A DNA stretch of 64,000 nucleotides from Eubacteriales bacterium (GTDB lineage Bacteria; Bacillota; Clostridia; Oscillospirales; CAG-272): contig JAZUPL010000095.1 of assembly GCA_045605175.1 (NCBI GenBank), positions 5,509-69,508 of the forward strand, in the 5' to 3' direction. The notes below the pieces were generated by a model. It worked only from the letters and a program-made list of their open reading frames with translations. It was not told the origin of the DNA and made no database searches. Each line of letters opens with the position of its first letter. Within the stretch, counting starts at the first letter, position 1. Positions 20,209 to 29,897 of this stretch are shown piece after piece. Position numbers and translations under genes: made by a program.

Positions 20209-20772
20209 ATGCTCAGAATTATAACAGGAAGCCTAAAGGGGAAAAAATTGTACTCGCTTGAGGGTGAGGCGACCAGACCTACCTCGGACAGGATTAAAGG
20301 GGCGATGTTTTCCTCTATTCAATTTGATATAGAAAACAGGCGTGTGCTTGACCTTTTTGCAGGTACGGGACAACTTGGACTTGAGGCGCTCTCGCGCGGA
20401 GCATATAGCGTGACCTTCGTGGATATGGAGCGAGATGCTATGGACGTGGTGAAGAAAAACGCCACCCTCTGCGGTGTGTTTGATAAGTGCAGGTATTCGG
20501 TTGCCGATTGGCGTAATTATATAAGAAAAGCATCGGGCAGGGATAGGTTTGACCTTGTTTTTATTGATCCTCCTTATGCTATGAAGTGTTGCGCTGACGC
20601 TGTGTTGAGGTTAAAGGATTCCGGACTTCTTCTTCCCGGCGCTATTCTGGTTATCGAAAGCGGCGAGGAGCAGGTGGACTTTACAGGAGAGGGCTTCTCC
20701 TCTTTTGAGGTTATCAAATCCACCTCTTACGGCAAAAAGACAGCGGTAAACATCCTCCTTTACAGAGGTTGA
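20209..20772 (+). CDS. rsmD: 16S rRNA (guanine966-N2)-methyltransferase
   Basis: SAM motif DLFAGTGQLGLEALSRGA and the DPPY motif. ATG 20209 is preceded by AAGGAG. Confidence 0.88.
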   Translation: MLRIITGSLKGKKLYSLEGEATRPTSDRIKGAMFSSIQFDIENRRVLDLFAGTGQLGLEALSRGAYSVTFVDMERDAMDVVKKNATLCGVFDKCRYSVADWRNYIRKASGRDRFDLVFIDPPYAMKCCADAVLRLKDSGLLLPGAILVIESGEEQVDFTGEGFSSFEVIKSTSYGKKTAVNILLYRG

Positions 20773-20824
20773 CAAAAGGAAAAACGTCAATTAAACGGAA
20801 AAAGTTTTTGATTAGGAAAAAGTT

Positions 20825-21409
20825 ATGTGGGATTTTGGTTTCTTTATGCAGTCTGCTCTGCTTGGACTTGGACTTGCTATGGACGCTTTTTCGGTGTCAC
20901 TGGCTAACGGACTAAATGAAAATAAAATGAAAATGCACAGAATGTGCCTCGTAGCAGGTGTGTTTGCATTCTTTCAGTTTGCTATGCCTATGATAGGCTG
21001 GGTTTGCGTGCATACTCTTGTGTCGGTATTCTCTGCCCTTGAAGAGGTAATTCCCTGGATAGCACTTGCGCTCCTCGGCTTTATAGGTGGAAAGATGCTC
21101 TACGAGGGCATCAAGGGTGGCGAGGACGAAGAACCTGCGGCGGTAGGCTTCGCTGCGCTGCTTGCGCAGGGGGTCGCAACCTCTATTGATGCTTTGTCGG
21201 TAGGTTTTACTATTGCAAATCACGACCTTATGCACGCTCTTGCTTGTTGCTTGGTTATTGCGGTGGTAACATTCGTTCTTTGTATGGGAGGACTCGCCCT
21301 CGGAAAACGTTTTGGCACAAAACTTGCAGGCAAGGCAGGAATACTCGGAGGAGTTATTCTTATACTTATCGGCCTTGAAATATTTATCACGGGCGTTTTC
21401 GGACTTTGA
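20825..21409 (+). CDS. mntP: Manganese efflux pump MntP
   Basis: Six-TM protein with the LGLAMDAFSVSLANG motif and its internal repeat SIDALSVGF. Confidence 0.85.
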   Translation: MWDFGFFMQSALLGLGLAMDAFSVSLANGLNENKMKMHRMCLVAGVFAFFQFAMPMIGWVCVHTLVSVFSALEEVIPWIALALLGFIGGKMLYEGIKGGEDEEPAAVGFAALLAQGVATSIDALSVGFTIANHDLMHALACCLVIAVVTFVLCMGGLALGKRFGTKLAGKAGILGGVILILIGLEIFITGVFGL

Positions 21410-21482
21410 TGAAATTTATTCCAAGCATTGACAAAAGAAATATTTTAATATATAATATACTGTTGTATAATTTGGAGAATTT

Positions 21483-21968
21483 ATGAGCGTTATTTTGCCC
21501 GGCAGTTATGACCCTGTAACGGTTGGTCACCTTGATATTATTAAGAGGGTGGCAGAGCGAGAGGCTGAGGTCTATGTCGTTGTTTTTATCAACGAAACAA
21601 AAAAATATAGGTTTTCTCTTGCCGACAGAGTGAAGATGCTTTTGCTCGCCACCGAGGGGCTTGACAATGTTATGGTTTCCTACTCGCTCGGACGGGTTGT
21701 GGACTATATGCGAGAGCACGATATTGACAGGATAGTCAAGGGTTACCGTGACGAAAAGGACCTTGAATGGGAGAGATATCAGGCGGAATATAATATGCTC
21801 CACGGCGGTTACGAAACCGAGATGGTAGAGTGCTCCCCAGATATGAAAAACATAAGTTCGACTCTCGTCAGGGATAGACTTGCTCTCGGTGAGGATATTG
21901 ACGGGCTTGTTCCCGATGCTGTGCGTGACTATATAAATGAGATAATAAAAACCGAAAGGACTAAATAA
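21483..21968 (+). CDS. coaD: Phosphopantetheine adenylyltransferase
   Basis: PGSYDPVTVGHLDII nucleotidyltransferase motif. 161 aa. Confidence 0.92.
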   Translation: MSVILPGSYDPVTVGHLDIIKRVAEREAEVYVVVFINETKKYRFSLADRVKMLLLATEGLDNVMVSYSLGRVVDYMREHDIDRIVKGYRDEKDLEWERYQAEYNMLHGGYETEMVECSPDMKNISSTLVRDRLALGEDIDGLVPDAVRDYINEIIKTERTK

Positions 21969-21970
21969 AA

Positions 21971-22993
21971 ATGAAGGCAAGAATTGAAGAGTTGAGGTCT
22001 CGCTTCCAGACAGCACTTGGCGCTTGTGCTACGGCGGAAGAACTTGAGACTTTGAGAATAGAGTTCCTTGGCAAAAAGGGGCATATAGCCGACCTAATGA
22101 AGGGGCTTCGCGACGTGGAGGACAAGAAGACGGCAGGTCAACTTATCAACACGCTCAAAACCGAGGTTGAAACGGCTATCACCGAGGCAATAGAGGCGCT
22201 TAAAAAAGCAGAGATAGAGGCTCTTGTAAGAAATGCGAAGAAATACAATCCCACCCTCGTTATGGAGCGTGAGTTTGGCTCTTACCACCCCATAACCCTC
22301 GCAACCCGTGAGGTCGAGGAGGTATTTACAAGCATGGGCTTTACTATCGAGAACTTCTTCGAAATTGTTGACGATTATCAGTGCTTTGTGGCACTCAATA
22401 TACCCAAGCACCACCCCGCAAGAGATATGCAGGATACATATTATCTTGAAAACGGTCAGTTGCTTAAGACTCATACTTCTGCGGCACAAAACGCTATTAT
22501 GAAGAAGTACGGCGCACCGCTTCGCGCAATTTTCCCCGGCAGATGCTTTAGAAACGAGTCCACCGACGCCTGCCACGAAAACACCTTCTTCCAGATGGAG
22601 GGTATGATGATAGACGAAAATATCTCTATCTCAAACCTTATCTACTTTATGAAGACTATGCTCTCCGAGGTGTTCAAGAGGGACGTAAAGGTCAGACTTC
22701 GTCCCGGCTTCTTCCCCTTCGTCGAGCCCGGATTTGAACTTGACATAAACTGCGAGATTTGCGGCGGTGACGGTTGTCCCTCCTGCAAAAACTCCGGTTG
22801 GCTTGAACTCTGTCCCTGCGGAATGATTCACCCCCGAGTTTTGGAAGAGGGCGGTATCGACACCGAGAAGTACACCGGCTTTGCCTTTGGTCTTGGACTT
22901 ACCCGTCTTGCTATGATGAAGTACGGAGTCAAGGATATTCGTGATTTCAACAGTGGTAGCCTTAAGGCTCTCGGACAGTTCAAGTCCCTGTAA
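21971..22993 (+). CDS. pheS: Phenylalanine--tRNA ligase alpha subunit
   Basis: Class II aaRS motifs including FFPFVEPG. 340 aa. Followed by pheT. Confidence 0.95.
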   Translation: MKARIEELRSRFQTALGACATAEELETLRIEFLGKKGHIADLMKGLRDVEDKKTAGQLINTLKTEVETAITEAIEALKKAEIEALVRNAKKYNPTLVMEREFGSYHPITLATREVEEVFTSMGFTIENFFEIVDDYQCFVALNIPKHHPARDMQDTYYLENGQLLKTHTSAAQNAIMKKYGAPLRAIFPGRCFRNESTDACHENTFFQMEGMMIDENISISNLIYFMKTMLSEVFKRDVKVRLRPGFFPFVEPGFELDINCEICGGDGCPSCKNSGWLELCPCGMIHPRVLEEGGIDTEKYTGFAFGLGLTRLAMMKYGVKDIRDFNSGSLKALGQFKSL

Positions 22994-23016
22994 ATGCGAA
23001 AGAGAGGAATAAAAAT

Positions 23017-25389
23017 ATGTTTTTATCGATGAACTGGATAGGAGATTTCGTTGACCTGTCCGGCCTTGACAAAAAGGCTCTGATACACAACTTCACACTC
23101 TCCACCGCCGAGGTTGAGGACATTATCGTCAAGGGTGAGGACACCTACGGCGTTGTCGTTGCAAAAATAGTTACGGTGGAAAATCACCCGAATTCGAAGA
23201 AACTTCACCTCTTAAAAGTTGACACGGGTAGCGAGGTTCTTGATATTGTCTGTGGTGCGCCCAACGTTAGAGAGGGCATGAAGGTTGCCCTTGCAACAAA
23301 CGGTGGTGCAGTTGCAGGACACGCAATTTCGGTTGCTACCGTCGGTGGCTACACCTCCTACGGTATGTGTTGCTCGGAGGCAGAACTTGGTATAAGTGAC
23401 GACAACTCCGGCATCTGGGAAATTACCGACGATATCCCCCTTGGCACTGATATCAAGAGCGTTTATGCTATTGATGACATCATCTTCGAGGTGGATAACA
23501 AGTCGCTCACCAACCGCCCCGACCTCTGGAGTCACTATGGTATCGCCCGTGAGTTTGCTACCATAACAGGCAGGGAACTTAAAGTGCCCGCGACTATAAA
23601 CGTTGATGAATATTCGAGCCTGCCCGGTGTGGCGGTCGAGGTCAAGGCGACCGACCTTGTTTACAGATATTCGGCTATCAAGGTGGAGAACATCACTCGC
23701 AAAATCTCACCTGTAAATATGCGCATCCGTCTTTATTATTGTGGCTCTCGCGCTATCAACTTCCTTGCCGACCTCACTAACTACGTGATGCTCGAACTTG
23801 GACAGCCTATGCACGCCTTTGATAACAGACGTGTTGACCGCATTGAGGTGCAGACCTTTGCCGATGAAAGAATCTTTACCACCCTTGACGGTGTGGAGAG
23901 AAAAATAGACCAAAATATGCTGATGATTACCTCGGGTGATGAGCCTGTGGCAATTGCAGGTGTTATGGGCGGTGATGCCTCCAAGATAGAGGATGACACC
24001 ACCTCGCTTCTGCTTGAATCGGCTACCTTTGACGGTGTAAGCGTTAGAAAGACCACCACAAGACTTGGTCTTCGTACCGATGCTTCTATGAGATACGAGA
24101 AGATGCTCGATCCCGAACTTTGCCGTCTTGCAACCGAGAGACTTCTCGCCCTGCTTGCAAAATTTGACAAGGGTGCAAAGGTTATCTCTTCCTTCACCGA
24201 CTGCTATGTTAGAAAATATCCCACTATCACGCTTTCCTTCGACAGAAAGTACGTAGATCGTTACACGGGTATCTACATTCCCACCGAGAAGATAGTCACC
24301 ACTCTTCGCGGACTTGGCTTTGCTGTGACGGTTGAGGGGGACGAGTTTACAGTTACTGTTCCCTCGTGGAGAGCGACCAAGGACGTCACTATAAAGGCGG
24401 ATATTATTGAGGAAATCACCCGTATCTACGGTTATGACAACTTCGATATATGCACATCTATGTCGGCACTTGCTCCTGTACGCCGTGAGGTGCTGAAGAG
24501 CGACGAGGACAGAATGAAGGATTTGCTCGTAAAGAGTTACCGTATGCACGAGGTTCACTCCTACATCTGGTCGGATAGCGACAAGAATGCCGACCTCGGT
24601 ATATCCACCCCCGAAAACGTCAGAGTTCTCAATGCACAGACTCCCGCACATCAGTATCTTCGTGTGTCGATGATACCCACTCTTCTTTCCTTTGTAAAGG
24701 AGAACAGAGGCTACCGTGACGAGTTTGCTATATTTGAGATAGGTCACACCGTCGAGGGACTCCGTGAGGACGGTACCTGCAATGAGCAGAATAAACTTGG
24801 CGCAGTTATCTACTCCAAGACCGCAGGCGAGGAAAACCTCTTCCTCCGTATGCGTGACGTAGTAAACGAGTTGTGCGCGGATATTCTTCACCTGCCCGCA
24901 GAGTATGTGGCTTGTACCAATGCTTCGGATTATATGCACCCTGTTAACAGTTTTGATATTCTCGTTTCGGGCGAAAAGGTGGGCTATATCGCAGCACCTC
25001 ACCCCGTAGTGCTTGCAAATGTGGACAAGAAATGTGCGGTTGCATTCTTCGAGATTTCCACCGAGAAGTTCGCCTCGGTAAAGGCGAGGGCAAACAAGTA
25101 TCGCGAGCCCTCCAAATTCCCCGCAATAGACATCGATATGACCTTTGTTGCCGACATTTCCTCGGTAGTTCTTGACGAGGTTAAGAAGATTGCAAGTGAG
25201 AAGGCACAGGGCCTCCTTCAGGACGTAAAGATGAAGGACGTCTATACCGACAGCGAGGGCGTTACCGCACTTACTCTTCGCTTCTCCTTCGTATCTTACG
25301 AGAGAACACTCTCAAAGCAGGAACTTCAGCCAGCCACCGATGCCATTGTTGAGGCGCTTGGTGGAATAAACCTCACACTTAAAGTTTGA
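23017..25389 (+). CDS. pheT: Phenylalanine--tRNA ligase beta subunit
   Basis: 790 aa with an N-terminal tRNA-binding OB domain (VVVAKIVTVENHPNSKKLHLLKVD) and B3/4 and B5 regions. Confidence 0.95.
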   Translation: MFLSMNWIGDFVDLSGLDKKALIHNFTLSTAEVEDIIVKGEDTYGVVVAKIVTVENHPNSKKLHLLKVDTGSEVLDIVCGAPNVREGMKVALATNGGAVAGHAISVATVGGYTSYGMCCSEAELGISDDNSGIWEITDDIPLGTDIKSVYAIDDIIFEVDNKSLTNRPDLWSHYGIAREFATITGRELKVPATINVDEYSSLPGVAVEVKATDLVYRYSAIKVENITRKISPVNMRIRLYYCGSRAINFLADLTNYVMLELGQPMHAFDNRRVDRIEVQTFADERIFTTLDGVERKIDQNMLMITSGDEPVAIAGVMGGDASKIEDDTTSLLLESATFDGVSVRKTTTRLGLRTDASMRYEKMLDPELCRLATERLLALLAKFDKGAKVISSFTDCYVRKYPTITLSFDRKYVDRYTGIYIPTEKIVTTLRGLGFAVTVEGDEFTVTVPSWRATKDVTIKADIIEEITRIYGYDNFDICTSMSALAPVRREVLKSDEDRMKDLLVKSYRMHEVHSYIWSDSDKNADLGISTPENVRVLNAQTPAHQYLRVSMIPTLLSFVKENRGYRDEFAIFEIGHTVEGLREDGTCNEQNKLGAVIYSKTAGEENLFLRMRDVVNELCADILHLPAEYVACTNASDYMHPVNSFDILVSGEKVGYIAAPHPVVLANVDKKCAVAFFEISTEKFASVKARANKYREPSKFPAIDIDMTFVADISSVVLDEVKKIASEKAQGLLQDVKMKDVYTDSEGVTALTLRFSFVSYERTLSKQELQPATDAIVEALGGINLTLKV

Positions 25390-25423
25390 TAAGCAAACGA
25401 AATTCTAATTAAAACAAAGAAAA

Positions 25424-25452
25424 ACCGACCGAAATTACTCGGTCGGTTTTTC
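25424..25452. terminator. Bidirectional intrinsic terminator between pheT and the SpoU-family gene
   Basis: Stem ACCGACCGA/TCGGTCGGT flanked by an A-tract and a T-tract. Confidence 0.7.
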
Positions 25453-25549
25453 TTATATATCGGTAAAAGTACATACGGGGATAGAAGATAAATGTGTAAA
25501 AATCGATACATACCCCTATGTATTTGAGAAAATGTAAACAAATATTTAC

Positions 25550-26386
25550 TTAATGCGTCAATACCCAAAAGGCAACCGCACCTGCTGCCGCGACGTTTAG
25601 CGAGTCAACTCCGTGGGACATCGGTATTTTGGCGGTGTAGTCAGAGGAGGCTATGGTGCTATCCGAAAGGCCGTCACCCTCCGTGCCGAGGATTATTGCA
25701 AGTTTTTCCTCGCTTCGAAGCCCCTCGTCGTCGATGCTCACCGAGTTGTCTGTAAGCGCCATTGCAACAGTCTTGAAGCCGAGCGAGTGAAGTTGCTCGA
25801 TGCCCTTTTTTGGCCAGTCGGCTTTGCTCTCTCCTATTTTAGCAAAGGGGACTGTAAACACCGTACCCATACTTACCCTTACCGCCCTACGGCACAGGGG
25901 GTCGCAACAGGTGGGGGTAATAAGCACTGCATCTATGCCAAGAGCCGAGGCAGAGCGGAAAATAGCGCCTATATTGGTTGAGTCGGCTATCTCTTCAAGC
26001 ACTGCCACTCTTTTTGCGTTTTTGCAGAGTTCTTCCACTGTTTTTGGCTTTGGGCGTTTCATTGCACAGAGAGCGCCCCTTGTTAGTTCAAAGCCTGTCA
26101 TTTTGGTTAGCACCTCTTTTGGTGCAACGAACACGGGAACGTAGTAGTCCAGGGCAGTGAGCCTCTCAATTACCCCCTCTACCGCACCGCCGAGCAACCT
26201 CTCGTCGGTAAGAAGCGACACGGGTACGCATCCTGAGTCCATTGCCACCTCGATTACGGTGGGGCTCTCTGCGATAAATATGCCCTTCTGCGGCTCTAAT
26301 CTGTTGCGAAGTTGGGCACCCGTCAGGCGAACATAGACGTCAAGCCTTTCGTCATTATAGTCGGTTATGTAGATTATTTCGGTCAT
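25550..26386 (-). CDS. TrmH/SpoU-family RNA 2'-O-methyltransferase
   Basis: C-terminal SPOUT motifs (LGTEGDGLS, MSHGVDSLNVAAAGAVAFW) and an N-terminal substrate-binding domain. Confidence 0.85.
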   Translation of the reverse strand: MTEIIYITDYNDERLDVYVRLTGAQLRNRLEPQKGIFIAESPTVIEVAMDSGCVPVSLLTDERLLGGAVEGVIERLTALDYYVPVFVAPKEVLTKMTGFELTRGALCAMKRPKPKTVEELCKNAKRVAVLEEIADSTNIGAIFRSASALGIDAVLITPTCCDPLCRRAVRVSMGTVFTVPFAKIGESKADWPKKGIEQLHSLGFKTVAMALTDNSVSIDDEGLRSEEKLAIILGTEGDGLSDSTIASSDYTAKIPMSHGVDSLNVAAAGAVAFWVLTH

Positions 26387-26492
26387 TTTAACTTGTTTCT
26401 TTCTTAATTAGTTGGTTTGGGTTTGCTTTGTTCGGTGATTTGCTTGGCGTGATTTGCGCACATGATTTGTGGGTTGCTCTTTGAGTAAATGC

Positions 26493-27362
26493 TTATTTCC
26501 TCGGACGATTTTCTTCAATTTTGCGAGCCATTTCACGGGCAACCGCCGCCGAAAGTCGGCATACCTCGGGATATACTGTCCTCGGCATATTTTTGTAAAC
26601 GTCATCGGCTTCAAGCGTGAAGTCGCCACGGTAGTCTATCTCGCCGAGCGCCTTGCAAATTTCGTCCCAGTTAAGCCTTGAAAGGCCGGGGATAGTGTGC
26701 AGGTCACGGATGTAGTCCACGTCGTGGGCGTGAATAGAGCCGAGTCTGTCCTTGCCGAGCAGACGAATAGAATTCTCGGGCTCTCTGCCACAGAGGGCGA
26801 CGTGACCGAGGTCAAGACACAGGGTAAAGGCTTCTCCGTCGTCAAGCGTGTCAAAATATCTTATATGCTCATATGGGTCTGCGCATACGTCGTCAACAAT
26901 GCGGTGGTGTATGGGGTGAGTCTGCCACATATTCTCTATCGCTATCTTGACGCCGTATTCTTTGGCGTAGGGTGCAAGTGAACGGTAGAACTCCATATTC
27001 ATCTTGAAATGCTCTTCCTCGTGGCCGTAATAACGTGGTATCTGTATCGGGTGAATTACAATATTTCGCGCCCCGATAAGCGAGGCAAACTCGATGCAAC
27101 TCGACAACAGGGGTCGGGTATTCTTTGTATAAAACTCTACGCCACCGCCAAAGGGAGCGTGCATTTGGTTGAAGACGATACCCCTCATGTTTGCCATCTC
27201 GCGTATGCTCTTTGCATATTCTCGCCAGTTTTCTTCCTTTATTCTTTCCGAGGAATACATGGTAAAGTCGAGGGCAGGGAAACCCACCTCGCGAAATAAA
27301 TCGAGCGCCGCCTCCTCGCCAAGGGCAGGGAAAAGCACCTCTGTCTGTGTAGAAAATAGCAT
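26493..27362 (-). CDS. Sugar phosphate isomerase/epimerase (xylose-isomerase-like TIM barrel)
   Basis: AP-endonuclease-2/TIM-barrel pattern (IVIHP, AIENM, LDLGH). ATG 27362 is preceded by AAGGAGG. Confidence 0.8.
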   Translation of the reverse strand: MLFSTQTEVLFPALGEEAALDLFREVGFPALDFTMYSSERIKEENWREYAKSIREMANMRGIVFNQMHAPFGGGVEFYTKNTRPLLSSCIEFASLIGARNIVIHPIQIPRYYGHEEEHFKMNMEFYRSLAPYAKEYGVKIAIENMWQTHPIHHRIVDDVCADPYEHIRYFDTLDDGEAFTLCLDLGHVALCGREPENSIRLLGKDRLGSIHAHDVDYIRDLHTIPGLSRLNWDEICKALGEIDYRGDFTLEADDVYKNMPRTVYPEVCRLSAAVAREMARKIEENRPRK

Positions 27363-27524
27363 ATTTGCCTCCTTATTTTTACATAAATATCTTATCATTT
27401 AGTAATGACAAAGTCAATATAGCAAAGGAAAAACGGCATAGTAAAGGTTAAAGAAATCGCTGTTAATCTAACATAGAGGTCAAAATCCACTGACAAAAGG
27501 ATGAAAGCAAGAAAAAGCATACAG

Positions 27525-27566
27525 TGTGACTAAATCACAGAAAATGTGAGAAAATATTGCTATAAT
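27525..27566 (+). promoter_or_regulatory. trxA promoter: TGTGA-N5-TCACA palindrome plus extended -10
   Basis: TGTGActaaaTCACA (27525-27539), 21 nt, then TGcTATAAT (hexamer 27561-27566). The palindrome centre is about 41 nt upstream of the inferred TSS. Confidence 0.6.
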
Positions 27567-27610
27567 GATGACAAAGAGCAAGAGAATGCTCGTTGAAAGG
27601 AGAAATAAAA

Positions 27611-27919
27611 ATGTCAGTACGTATAATAAACAATAGCAATTTTGAAGAGGTTATTTCCTTGGGCAAGCCGGTGCTTGTGGACTTCTATGCCGATTGGTGC
27701 GGGCCTTGCCGTATGCTCTCGCCCATAGTGGAAGAGATTGCCAGAGAGCGCGAGGATATAATTGTAGGCAAGGTAAACGTGGATAACGAGGAAGAATTGG
27801 CGCGTCGCTTCAATATCTACTCAATCCCCTCGCTCATAGTCTTTAAGGGCGGCGAGCCTGTAAGACAGGCAAACGGAGCAAGACCAAAGGCAGATATTCT
27901 GGCTCTTATAGATGGTTAA
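27611..27919 (+). CDS. trxA: Thioredoxin
   Basis: WCGPC active site. 102 aa. GGAG lies upstream of ATG 27611. Confidence 0.92.
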   Translation: MSVRIINNSNFEEVISLGKPVLVDFYADWCGPCRMLSPIVEEIAREREDIIVGKVNVDNEEELARRFNIYSIPSLIVFKGGEPVRQANGARPKADILALIDG

Positions 27920-27984
27920 ACCGGCTGAGTTAAAGCGAAAAACACGATGCAAAAAACACCAATAAAACCACAGAACAAAAACAC

Positions 27985-28022
27985 CAAAAAAATCACGGGG
28001 CAGGCATAAGTGCCACCCCGTG
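27985..28022 (-). terminator. Intrinsic terminator of the Crp/Fnr gene
   Basis: Stem CACGGGG...CCCCGTG (27994-28022) with an inner GGCA/TGCC pairing, followed on the minus strand by a T-rich tract. Confidence 0.65.
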
Positions 28023-28096
28023 TAGTGTTATTACGTAAAGAATAATTTGCATTGCATTTGTATGAAAGGCTCCCTCCCGGAGGGAGGCTTAAGACC

Positions 28097-28774
28097 TCAC
28101 ATCGCAAGTCTGCGTAGGCCTGCCTTGTCAAGAATATGTACTCCCTCGGTGCGTGAGGTAGAAACCAAGCCCTCGGTGGAGAAGTATTTTAACATTCTCG
28201 ACACCACCTCACGGGCAGAGCCCATATATTTGGCTATCTGTTCCTGGGTGAGTTTGATTTTATCACTGCCCGTCTTTGCCATCTCGTCAAGGAGAAATAT
28301 GGCAAGGCGCTTGTCCATACTCATAAAGAGTATCTGTTGCATAACCCACATAATGTCAGAGAAACGGGAAAGGGCGGTTTCCATTGTGAATATTTTTACC
28401 TCGCTGTACCTGTTGGACAGGTCCTCGTAAGCGCAACCGCCAACCACCAGGCACTCGCTGTTTTCCTCAGCATCTACATAGACGTCAAAGGTCACACTGC
28501 TAAGCACACAAGAGGCAGAGAAAATACACATTTCCCCGGGAAACAGACGGTAGAGGGTAATCTCCTTGCCGTCCTCGGAGAGAATATAAAGTCTTAAACT
28601 TCCCCTGTTGATAAGGATAACTCCCGTACATTCGTTGCCGTCGTGAATATTCGTCCCTTTGGGGAATGTCATATCAAAGGAGGAACGGAGAAAGGTCTCT
28701 CTGTCCCTATCGCTTATTTTATCCCAAAAGGGGAAGGTCTTTTTGAACAATTCCCGCTTTTCTTGTTCGTTCAT
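28097..28774 (-). CDS. Crp/Fnr-family transcriptional regulator
   Basis: N-terminal cNMP-binding-like beta-roll and a C-terminal HTH with recognition helix SAREVVSRMLK (R-E-x-x-x-R, as in CRP). No FNR-type N-terminal Cys cluster. Confidence 0.88.
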   Translation of the reverse strand: MNEQEKRELFKKTFPFWDKISDRDRETFLRSSFDMTFPKGTNIHDGNECTGVILINRGSLRLYILSEDGKEITLYRLFPGEMCIFSASCVLSSVTFDVYVDAEENSECLVVGGCAYEDLSNRYSEVKIFTMETALSRFSDIMWVMQQILFMSMDKRLAIFLLDEMAKTGSDKIKLTQEQIAKYMGSAREVVSRMLKYFSTEGLVSTSRTEGVHILDKAGLRRLAM

Positions 28775-28854
28775 TTTGTTATCCTCTTTTTCTTCTTTTA
28801 GTAAATAAATTTTTCATTTTTTAAGAAAATAGCAGTATCCAATGCTTTATAGTA

Positions 28855-28883
28855 ATTATAACTCTTGCTTTTTGTAAAGTCAA
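28855..28883 (-). promoter_or_regulatory. Sigma-A-type promoter for the Crp/Fnr gene
   Basis: On the minus strand: TTGACT (28883-28878), 17-nt spacer, TATAAT (28860-28855). Confidence 0.45.
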
Positions 28884-28901
28884 GAAAAGTTTAGTAATAA
28901 T

Positions 28902-28943
28902 TGTGACCTTGTCACAGACAACTCGAATTATTAGTGCTATAAA
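28902..28943 (+). promoter_or_regulatory. trxB promoter: TGTGA-N5-TCACA palindrome plus extended -10
   Basis: TGTGAccttgTCACA (28902-28916), 21 nt, then TGcTATAAA (hexamer 28938-28943). Confidence 0.6.
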
Positions 28944-28967
28944 AAAACCATAAAACGGAGGAACATT

Positions 28968-29897
28968 ATGGACAACCAAAAGAAAATATATGACACGATA
29001 ATAATAGGCGGTGGGCCTGCGGGTTATACGGCGGCGCTCTATGCCGCTCGGGCGGGGCTTGACGTACTCGTGCTTGAAAGAATGAGTGTTGGCGGGCAGA
29101 TGGCTCTTACCGACACCATAGACAACTACCCCGGATTTGACGAGGGGATAGACGGTTTTGCTCTTGCAGAGAAAATGCAGAGAGGGGCGCACAGGTTTGG
29201 CGCGGTCAGTGAGTATAATTCGGTGAACTCGGTTTCGCTCCTGGGCGAGGTAAAGGTGTTATCCACCGATATGGGCGAAAGGCTCGCTCGCACCGTGATT
29301 ATAGCAGGCGGAGCCCGTCCTCGCAGGCTTGGTCTTCCCGGTGAGGAAGAATACACGGGCAGGGGAGTGCATTATTGCGCCCATTGTGACGGCAGGTTTT
29401 ACAAGAACAGGACGGTTGCTGTGGTGGGCGGTGGCAACTCTGCGGTGTCGGATGCGCTTTACCTGTCAAGGCTCTGTAAAAAGGTCTATCTGATTCATCG
29501 CCGTGACACCCTTCGTGCCTCGAAGGTTTACCACTCCTCGCTACTTGGGGCAGAAAATATTGAGATGCTTCTCGGCTACGAGGTATCCTCGCTTAAAGCG
29601 GGCGAGCGCCTTTCGGGCATCGAGATAGCCTCGGTGAGTGATGGCGCAGTTCGTAGCCTTGATATAGACGCCCTCTTTATAAGTATCGGAAGAGAGCCTG
29701 AAAGCGAGATGTATCGCGATATTCTTGACCTTGACGAAAGCGGCTATATCATAGCCGACGAAAGCACAAAAACCTCGGTTCCCGGTGTGTTTGCCGCGGG
29801 GGATATCCGTACCAAACCCCTGCGCCAGATAGTAACGGCGGCGTCCGACGGTGCAGTGGCAGGCGAGGCTGTTGAAATTTTTTTACAGAAAATGTGA
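28968..29897 (+). CDS. trxB: Thioredoxin-disulfide reductase
   Basis: GGGPAG FAD motif, redox-active CAHCDG, GGGNSA NAD(P)H motif and a C-terminal GD motif. Confidence 0.92.
   Translation: MDNQKKIYDTIIIGGGPAGYTAALYAARAGLDVLVLERMSVGGQMALTDTIDNYPGFDEGIDGFALAEKMQRGAHRFGAVSEYNSVNSVSLLGEVKVLSTDMGERLARTVIIAGGARPRRLGLPGEEEYTGRGVHYCAHCDGRFYKNRTVAVVGGGNSAVSDALYLSRLCKKVYLIHRRDTLRASKVYHSSLLGAENIEMLLGYEVSSLKAGERLSGIEIASVSDGAVRSLDIDALFISIGREPESEMYRDILDLDESGYIIADESTKTSVPGVFAAGDIRTKPLRQIVTAASDGAVAGEAVEIFLQKM

Noticed and set aside
20773-20824. Possible yybP-ykoY manganese riboswitch upstream of mntP
   Set aside because: The intergenic region is only 52 nt, too short for the riboswitch, and has no conserved helices that I could see.
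21969-21970. Expected T-box leader upstream of pheS
   Set aside because: pheS starts 2 nt after the coaD stop, so there is no room for a leader. pheST must be co-transcribed with coaD.
23707-25002. 431-aa minus-strand ORF (and 23781-24197) inside pheT
   Set aside because: Antisense shadow of the phenylalanyl-tRNA synthetase beta subunit, with no motifs, no RBS and a biased composition.
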